Source: Octopus bimaculoides
Lineage: Eukaryota
Direction of reading: 5' to 3'
DNA: 48,138 nt
NCBI RefSeq assembly: GCF_001194135.2
Contig: NC_068992.1
Coordinates: forward strand, 53,721,090 to 53,769,227
Shown here: one piece after another, positions 38,761 to 48,138 of the stretch
Layout of the letters: every line of letters starts with the position of its first letter
Position numbering within the stretch: position 1 is the stretch's first letter
Position numbers and translations under genes: made by a program
The notes under the pieces: generated by a model
What the model saw: only the letters and a program-made list of their open reading frames with translations
Told to the model about the DNA's origin: nothing
Databases searched by the model: none

Positions 38761-41029
38761 ACTTGGGTTGAGCTTCCTCTTATCAATTTTAGCAAAACAT
38801 TTTTCCTGTTTGGTGCTAGAATTTCAAACACATTTCTTCAAATCGATACGATGCGTATTTGGAGAAAATTCAAATTCCAAGACACGTCTATGAAGCTATG
38901 AACTCTTTGGTCTCATACCACGTGGCAGATTTCTGTTTCATAGATTTTCAGAAGCAGTTAATAAAACTTCATTTAACAACTAAGAAAACACGAAAGAACT
39001 GTGCCACTGACAGCTACGCAGTTCTTGTACAACAGCAGCAGCAGCAGCAGTAACGTTAGGAACTAGAGTAATCAGCAGCAACCGCTGCAAGAAGAGCAGA
39101 TCGAGTGGCTTCTTAATTAGTGCTGGTGCGAAAGAGAGGGAAAAAGGAGTAAGACAACGAATGCAGGCAGGTAGACAAACAGACAGGAAAAGATTATATC
39201 ACAGTGAAATAGTAAGGTGAGGGTGTTTTTGTGTAGAAACCAAAAAGAGTCGAAAAACTAAGGGAAGTAGAAGGACAGAAAAAATGAGTTAAAATGTCAA
39301 ATATAGTGAAATGGAGTAAAAGAGATAGGACAAAAGAGAAATACAATAGAGATATTTATGAGAAAGAAGAACTATAAATCGATTGAAGAGATAACCGTTG
39401 AAAAGATAACCATGTTCACTCAGATAGAAGTGATAAGTATGAAGGCAAAGAGATGCAATAAGAATGTGACTGAAAGACAAAAGGATAGGAATCACAAAGG
39501 ATACGCAAAAAGAGCTAGACAAAGTGAGAGCCAGTCAGTCAACTGGGTTAGAAGGTCTGTACCCAATAGAGAACAGGGGATAGAGTGGGAGAAACAGGGT
39601 GTTGGCTAAGCTTTTTATTATTGAAAAAAAAACATAAACTATTTATCATGACTACATCAACCGAATCTGACACTCCACTGACGAACTAATATATTGAACA
39701 AAATGTCAGTTGGCGCTCGTGAGGTTCTTGCATAGCTCTTGCCCACCTCAGATAAATCAAATTTATTATCAAAGCGTTCCAAGCATGAACCTTCTATGAC
39801 CTTCCCATCTAATTTTCTAACAAGGTACCCATGCTTATATTGTCCTCTGTCTTCCTTTTATTTAACATACTAAGGAGTAATATGAAGAAAATTTAGTTAC
39901 TTATTCTAGTATGTCAGACGACCACAATAAGACTTGCATAAACTCAGCAGAATTAATATCAATAGCTCTTTTTAACTTCACTTCGAATTTGTTTTCGGGT
40001 TCAACACATACGAGACTTATTTATGAAATGATATGTGTATATAAATTATATAATATTAATCGTACAGAAACAATCATACCATTTACAAAAGAAATATATT
40101 TTTTCCTGACAACTGAAATTGGCTTTCTTACACGTTTCCATAGTGTAATCTCATAGCAGCAGATTAGATTAAGGGATGTCATTTCCTGCATCAGAAAGGG
40201 AATTTGTGTATCAACACCGCGTTACTTTTGCCCATATTTATTTTATATTGTTTTGTTTTTTTGTTTTTTTATATAACTTGCCTTTTTTGTTTTCCTTTCA
40301 AATTATCGATTCCAACAACTCACAAGGACAAGATGTGTAGTATATAATATCAAACTCCATATTTCCTTAATCACTAAGAAACGGTTTTGCATGGTTTTCA
40401 AGTTGGTAAAAAAGTATTGAGTAGATTTTGATGTGATTTTGCTGTAAGCGAAATTTTTAGTGTCGGATTACCAATTCGAATTAGATGTAGTAGCAATTTG
40501 TGACTAGTAATCATTAGACAGTTATAATTAGAACAAAGACTGAAATTCGTTCACGTCACAAGATCTTTGACACGAGATGCCATCTGCGACCTGTCTTTAA
40601 AATAAACCTCATTTATCATTCTTTGTAACCGAATCACTTCAAAATGCGATCGTATTTTCACCATTCTTTCAAAATTTGGCATACATTCCGAAAAATTGGC
40701 AACTAAAAACTATTCATTTTTTTTCACAACCAATAATAGTATTTCAATTTAGTGCTACATTATATTTCACTTAGTTTTAAATGCATAAATGTAATGGCAA
40801 CGTTTCGAAACATATATATACATATACTTATGCAACATACAAACATCCAATACATAGGTGATTATGATGAGGAGGGTAGCTTCTCACAAACGATCCGTCA
40901 ATCTTTGAGGTTAACTGGAATAACATTTTTGAGATGTTGCTTAATAGTAAAGTTTTTGTATTAAATTTAAAGTATACTTTATCTGATTTGTTTCAAATAG
41001 AATGTTATCAAACACAAAAATGAATAAAT

Positions 41030-41033
41030 AGAG

Positions 41034-41108
<75 letters not shown>

Positions 41109-41135
41109 CAGAAAGATAGATAGATAGACAGATAG

Positions 41136-41184
<49 letters not shown>

Positions 41185-41200
41185 TAGATAGATAGATAGA
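41030..41200. repeat. (GATA)n-(GACA)n-(GATA)n array
   Basis: Directly visible. Confidence 0.95.
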
Positions 41201-41419
41201 CACACACAGACATAAATACATACATACAAACACACACACATGCATACACATGGTGGTGGTGGTGGTGGTAGTAGTAGTAGTAGTATTTCACTTAGGCACA
41301 TTGGTGCGAATAACAAGTTGATAGAACTGCATAAGACTTATGCTTTAGAGGAAAGAGCCAGGAGATTACATCTCGTAATAGCTATGAATGGTATGAGAGA
41401 AAAAGTGGGAACATTCACT

Positions 41420-42010
41420 GTGGCGATGATGGCGCTGTAGTTGTTGTTAATGTTGGTGTGTTGGTGTTGTTATTTGTGTTAGTGTTGCTCAAGAGGATTG
41501 AGCAATCAACACTGAGTAAAGTACTAATGGAAATTGTAATATTGATGTTGATGGCATTAGTATTGCTAATGAGAATGATTATGATGATTGTTGTGGTGGT
41601 GGTAGTGATGGTGGGGTTAATAATTGTGATCATGGCGGTGTTGGTAATGATGGAGATGTTGAATTTTATGGTGTTGGTGTTGGTGGTGGTAGTGATGACA
41701 ATGCTGATTTTGATGATGTTTGCTGTCATCGCGGTAAGGTAATAATGATGATGCTGACAACGGTGATAACCATGAAAAATATGAGGATGAAGAGTAGGAG
41801 ACAAAGGACGTGAAAAAGAACGAGTATTGAGCACGACCACGACGAAGAGGAAGAAGGAGAAAAGGAGAAAAATAACGGTGCATGATTCTAGCCATGATAT
41901 TAATGATGCTAACGATGAAGAAACTCCTGCCATTGATGATGATAACGATAATGAGGATGATGCGAATGATGAGGATGATGAAGAAGCTGTTGATGATGGT
42001 GACTACTATA
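41420..42010. repeat. Cryptic GNT/GAT trinucleotide low-complexity region
   Basis: Long run of GTT/GAT/GGT-like triplets without a fixed unit. Confidence 0.75.
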
Positions 42011-42976
42011 TCTAGCGGGTGTAAATGTATTAACAAAGATACTTTGTGAAGACGAGAGGAAAAAAAAATGCCATGCTTCTGCGGAGTCCGTACATCTGCT
42101 GTGCCTCATTGATTTTCATTGAGCAGATTCTAGAAGGTTCGATGATCAGTGAGACAGAGGTGAAGTGCTGTGCCAGCGACATGTGACATCAACAGTTTTA
42201 CAACCTGCTAACATTGTTCCTGCTTTTTTCTTCTTTAAAAAATGGACTGATATCTTCAATATATATATATATATACTAAAAATATTACCATTTTCCGGCA
42301 TACGAGTTGGATTTTTCAGGACGTAATAGGCAATCAACAAAGACAGAGCAACTTATACACCCAAAATGACTTTGGAGGATAAAAAATATCATAGGGAATG
42401 CCGCAGGAGGTGATAAGATATTGACAATATATCAAAATTTACACTACAACTACGATTTTATGCCGGAAATTCGGTATATAAATTATTTTTCTTTTGTTTC
42501 TTTGTGTGCATGTATCAATCAATGCGTTGTTCCAGTTGTTTTGTGCTTGTGTACATCTATAAACCTGCATATGTATGTGTGCATGTGTATGCATGTTCTT
42601 GTGTAAAAATACATTGATGCCTATATATATATACATATATATATGTACGTATATATATNNNNNNNNNNNNNNNNNNNNNNNNNNNNNNNNNNNNNNNNNN
42701 NNNNNNNNNNNNNNNNNNNNNNNNNNNNNNNNNNNNNNNNNNNNNNNNNNNNNNNNNNNNNNNNNNNNNNNNNNNNNNNNNNNNNNNNNNNNNNNNNNNN
42801 NNNNNNNNNNNNNNNNNNNNNNNNNNNNNNNNNNNNNNNNNNNNNNNNNNNNNNNNNNNNNNNNNNNNNNNNNNNNNNNNNNNNNNNNNNNNNNNNNATA
42901 TTTACAGATAAATTCCTTTATTTGCATAATATCGAAGTCTCTTTCATTCTTTTGTTGTCATACCATTTCTATTAAT

Positions 42977-43008
<32 letters not shown>

Positions 43009-45111
43009 GTATATGTATATATTTGAAATTTATAGAAAAACAAAACGTGAAGACAGGTGTATGAATAATAAGCAAGTGCATTAGTTTGATGCTTGGGAAA
43101 AATTAAAAAGTCTTTTACATTTCGAGCCTACGCTCTTCAACAGAAAGGAATAAGAGAAAATAAACAGAGAGAATGAAAAAAAACACTTGTAGATTTGAGC
43201 GGTCTAGCAAATATGATATATATACATATTTGTAAGTATGTTTGTATGTATGTATGTATGGGCGCGCGCATGTGTGCATGCGGGTAGGTGTTTGGGATTG
43301 GGTCCGTGGGAGTGGGTGTGTGGGTGGGTGTGTTTATGCATGTATGCATATATGTATGTATTATATGTGCGTATTTCTATGTATATATATATATTAGTTT
43401 GCAAATTAAGGTGTAAGGGCAATAAATCGTATGTTTACAAATTTGTGAATATAAAACAAGGGGGGTTATGTTTTTTTTTTTTACTACTTCTCTCTAATGA
43501 CTGTGTAGCTGCCTGTGGTTCAAGAACATTGAAGTTGTAAGAGGAATTCTATTAAGCTAATGTTATGAATTCGAGAAAATGGAAAGATGTAATTACATTT
43601 AAAATAGAAGCAAATTCAAAATAATTACGCTATCTCGAATTATTAGATAAACATATACACAGTATAAATGAGATAAATAGAGCAGTTTTTCTATTTAAAT
43701 TTTGTACTGCCAAAATCATGGATCATAAATTGAATATGATATTCAAGCGTAAATTAATCGTTGACTGAGGTGATTATATGAGTGTATGTGATAATAGTAA
43801 TTTATGATTCTGAGAATAACGTTGTATAAACACAAATCAATGATTTCGGTGTAGATTAATTATATGAAATATAAAAATATTGAAGTTTGAGAATGTCATT
43901 GGAATGCAGAAGCATTCGAACTCAAAGCACGATATTATAGTTTTAAGCAGCAATTCCTATGCGTTGCGGTGTTTCTAATTTTTGGAAACAGGATATGTAG
44001 ACACGGCAAAATTTTCCTGAGACTTCACTGAAATAGTAAATAGTGTGCAAAATATAACCCTAGTTGTATGTAAAATCTTGATTACAGTTTTTTCCTTGTT
44101 TTGATAATTACTTGAAAGGGACGCTTTTTCTTTAGTCGAGTATATTTTTGTTTCTGTTGTTACAAGAGTGAATTTGAATGACGGTGTAAATCAGATGGTT
44201 ATTCTAATCCTGCTGATATTTTTTATGACTTTATTTTACCCTGTATCCCTTTGCATTTATATTATATTTAGAGGAATGGTAAAAACCTTGTTCACTTTTT
44301 TAAATACTTAATAATAGAATACAATTACTCGTAAGTGAATTATGAATTACATACTTAGGGTGGAATATTTTTGAATGCATTGCCGAAAATTATTAAAGTT
44401 CATATTGGTAACAAAGTATTTAACAGTTGCTGTCTGTAGTGATTTCCTTCCTTGTCTCTACATAATGTAATATTTTGCAGTCTGTCAATGTATTTAGACC
44501 TGCAGTTCTTGAAAAATCTGAGCGAAAACCATCATCTCTATAAAGTCTACCTCCTGAAATTCGTATATTAATTTGCACACGGCATAATCTCACGCTGTCA
44601 CCGACTTCCCTGAATTTATTAAGATGTGGAATGCATTGAAATACATTTCTAATATAGAATACCTTTATAGCTCTTGTGCATATTCACTCCATCAACGAAT
44701 TGTGCAAGTTACATCAAACATGATCACAACATACACATACGCAAGTTAAAACCGCACAAAATATTTGCACATGATCTCTCACTCACACATTGGACTCAGA
44801 CAGTATCACGTAAAATACACATATATAAATACTCATAAGTATATGTTCACAATAAGCACATGCAATCCATCAAACGCTCGTTTGAGTCCTTTGTTCATTA
44901 CATTGACTTACTATAACACTGCTACCCGTAACACCAATTTGCCTCACGTTAACATCCCATTCTTGTATTCACTTCACATCATATCTCGAAGAAATATGCA
45001 CTTCTAATGATACCCTCTTTCTACTTCATTAGATCTGTCTTAAATTTTTTTTTATCTGCACACTAGCGTACATGTTTATATGTGTGTGTGTGTGTGTGTG
45101 CGTGCATGAGA

Positions 45112-45175
<64 letters not shown>

Positions 45176-46457
45176 AAGATTGAGAAAGAGAGAACGACTG
45201 TTAATGTAGGACTATGAGTATGTGTGTGATCGCGTGTAGAAAACTATAATTTACGTTTAAAATCTCCTCAAACGCTGACATAGATCTGAAAGCATAGGTA
45301 AATATTTACTGTTTACCAACAGTATGAAAAATATACGCCTCTTAAAAAGAAGTGAGAGACATGTTATTCTGTGACGTTAGTATGATGACGCATTATCTGT
45401 CCCGTGAAAATGAAAAATTAACGTTCTCTGTTGAGAAACTGTATTCTTTTTTATTCAGTTATATTCTGAAATTACACTGGAGACAAAAGGCAGATGTTCA
45501 AACCGAAAATTCTACGATGAAGTATTTCTTTGTCGCATTCCCTGGCGACTGATTTAACACGATTGTTCTCAACAAATATGATACACGTTAGTTGTAAATA
45601 ACAAAAGAAAATTTTTAAGTTAAAAACATTATTTTAACACCCTAAACATATTTTTGAAGAAGAAATGTAAATACGTGGCGCAGGTAATAACAGAATTGTT
45701 AGAGTATCCGACATAATACATTGTGTTGTTTAACTACAGTCTTTGTATGTTATGTTTTCAAGTTTTCTACTGTTGAGTCAATCATTATATTTTTGAAATC
45801 AGTAAAATAATGGCCTACTATTGTCAACCCAATCGACTCTAACCTAAATGACATTACCCCAGTATGGCCAATAATCTGTGATCGAATAAAATAGTAAAGT
45901 AAGGCATTTTTGCATTAGCACGCTTCCAATATTTGTATACTAGAGAGTACAGTTCATTATATTAGCCCATCACTCCAATGGTGCTATATTTTAATTCCCT
46001 AGATGAACGAAAGTCAACTAGACTTCGGAGAAAATTATAAAACTAATAATATAAAGGCATGGAGTGAAACACTAAAGTATTTTGTTGCTTGCTCTATCGA
46101 TTCTGACGAAGACAAAGAGAAAGTACATTAATCAGAATTCATAGTGTTACGTTGACGTCGGTTATAGCTTAAGGTCATTAAGTGCAGTCCGCTTTGTTTC
46201 AGGTATTGAGCAGGCACTCACATCAGAGACTAACTATATCCTTTCTTCCCGTCTATCTCAGTGAAGGATGGAAAATAGTGCTCCCCTTCCTCCTTTCATT
46301 CGCAATAAAGAAAATCAAACGTAAAATATTACTTCAGTCTCGCTCTCAAGCTTTGCTGGCAGCATGTGTATCAGAACCAAGAAAATAATCACTTTAAATA
46401 ACAAATATTCTAAGTAATATTTTTTGAGGGTGGGACATTGTCATTATTATTATTATT

Positions 46458-47005
46458 GAGTGAGAGAGCAATGCATGCCATCAAAGTGACACTGGGGTAC
46501 AAATATACGAAACACAATATATCCATCATATCTATCCGTCTGATAAGAGTACGCCAGGCACATGTATCACAAAGATATGTGTGAGACATGGTGATCTCAT
46601 ATCAAGATAAACGGCACATGACCTTACAGGTGGGACCCAGTTAGACTCCAGGCCGAGTAGCCCACCTCACTCCAAAGGTCTCTGAAAAAAGTTTATTTAA
46701 GGATGATGAACGAATCATCCATGTTTACAGAGGTGAATTATTCAAGCCCCGAAGAATTCCTCTCACACATGGTTATGATGCTCCCCCAGTACTTCTGCTC
46801 ATGACCAGAGATGCACATATTGTCAGCCACCAAGGGACATGCTCAACTGGTAAAAGTCAAGCAACTGACAAGCCAATCTGTGGTATTGAGCTGAATTTTT
46901 GCTGTAACCCATCGTTCATACCAAGACAAAAAATGCACATGATAACACTGCCAATCAGTTAAGATCAAATTCTATGAAAGCCAATGTCTAGTACTGCATC
47001 AGGGC
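46458..47005 (-). mobile_element. 548-bp non-coding interspersed element embedded in an (ATT)n array; candidate 3' part or non-autonomous derivative of a (TAA)n-targeting Dong/R4-type LINE
   Basis: Complex sequence with sharp boundaries, (ATT)5 on the left (46443-57) and a long (ATT)n on the right (47006+). Minus strand ends ...GCTCTCTCACTC-AATAATAATAAT. No ORF or TIR, so the family assignment is inference. Confidence 0.55.
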
Positions 47006-47075
<70 letters not shown>

Positions 47076-47114
47076 GCTGTTGTTGTTGTTGTTGTTGTTG
47101 TTTTTTTATTGTTG

Positions 47115-47166
<52 letters not shown>
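47006..47166. repeat. (ATT)n-(GTT)n-(ATT)n array
   Basis: Directly visible. Confidence 0.96.
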
Positions 47167-47167
<1 letters not shown>

Positions 47168-47387
47168 AAGGTGACGACGTGGCAGAATCGTTTGCACGCC
47201 GGGTGAAATTCATAGCGGCATTACGTCCGTGTTTACGGTCTGCGTTGAAATTCCACCGTGGTTGTCTTTGCCTTTCATCATTCGCGATCGATAAAATAAG
47301 TACAAAGTGAAGCAGTGAGGTCGATGTAATCGCCTAACCCCATACCCCAAAATTTCAGGCTTTGTACCTATAATAAAAAGGAATATT
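47168..47387 (+). mobile_element. SINE family A copy directly after an (ATT)/(GTT) array
   Basis: AAGGTGACGACGTGGCAGAATCGTTTGCACGCCGGG head, GCCTTTCATCATTCGCGATCGATAAAATAAGTAC core, tail AAATTTCAGGCTTTGTACCTATAATAAAAAGGAATATT. Confidence 0.82.
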
Positions 47388-48138
47388 TAATAATTATTAT
47401 TATCCGCATACCATCATGAAAGTTCACTAGAGACTTGCGGGGCATAATCTTCCTGAACGATGCAATGGAAGTAGCTGTCTTTCGCAACGAAACAAAGTCG
47501 TGTCATTTTCAACAGCACAATTGCTTCTGGCACGAAGGAAAAGTCAGAGATACAGGGAGTAAGAGAGAGAAAAACAGAAAAGCAATAAGGACGGACTGAC
47601 TAATTCATAGAACTTTAATGCAGCTTGTAAGAGAGATAGGAATCGCCTTCATATCTGTCTTTATCAGTATAGAAAGATAAGAAGCAAGGCAGAAACAATC
47701 GGCTCAAGGCACACTTATCCAACACTCATATTGCTTTAAAAAGTCTGCTATGCTAAATGAATATTATTTAATCATATACTTGCTTTTAATCAACAGAACT
47801 CATATCAGTATTTCGAGCGATAATTAGAGCTATATTTATTTATCATCTACAATTTGTCAATTTACATTATTCACGATGACACATAGATTTTTATCGTAAT
47901 TTTTAACGTCTTCTCAATCACGAGTACAAGAGTATATGGCATTAATGGGTTTAGTATTAATGGTGTCCTCGTTGTTCAGTTGTCAATCAACAATTTTCTG
48001 GTCTGCCAAATTCTGTCAAAAGTAAATATTTACCTTAAACGCTAACATACACACATACACTCTGTCACTCTCCCTCTGTGCGTTTCTCTCTCTCTGTCTC
48101 TCTCCCTCTATCTCTGTCTCTCTCTCCCTTTATATATA

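Noticed and set aside
38859-39053. ORF ending in poly-Q
   Set aside because: A short (CAG)n directly before a stop, with no homology or supporting exon structure.
41415-42109. Overlapping ORFs on both strands, including an acidic DDNDNEDD stretch
   Set aside because: Cryptic GAT/GGT low-complexity DNA, open in several frames at once, with no convincing splice signals.
42166-42250. Ly6/three-finger-like CCASDM followed by a hydrophobic run
   Set aside because: TGA stands where the conserved Cys-Asn should be and no upstream cysteine pattern is present; likely chance.
44500-44645. Possible CR1 3' end (HHLYKVY...IKMWNAL)
   Set aside because: Similarity is limited to a few residues across frameshifts; too weak to call without a profile search.

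Overview
AT-rich, repeat-saturated eukaryotic genomic DNA from a draft assembly, with 11 N-gaps totalling about 4.5 kb, most of them abutting (TA)n. The tRNA-derived SINE families and the extreme di-/tri-/tetranucleotide microsatellite density point to an octopus (cephalopod) genome; this is an inference. No long genuine CDS is visible: nearly every ORF in the supplied track is a translated microsatellite, an N-run or a repeat. Supportable content: three tRNA-headed SINE families (A: more than a dozen copies; B: CORE-like; C: CAA-tailed); an internally deleted mariner with TIRs and TA duplication (5942-6733); an internally deleted Merlin/IS1016-type DNA transposon with TIRs (23115-24194); an RTE LINE 3' fragment split by a SINE; a decayed CR1/L2-type RT fragment; and a 548-bp element sitting inside an (ATT)n array (Dong/R4-like). 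Several short candidate exons with good splice signals occur on both strands, but I cannot name a gene and they are low confidence. The most unusual structure is a head-to-tail SINE trimer (32611-33260) in which every junction falls at the same base inside the Pol III A-box, suggesting self-targeted insertion or circle integration. I see no CRISPR array, rRNA or true tRNA gene, and no clear evidence of a novel multi-gene system.
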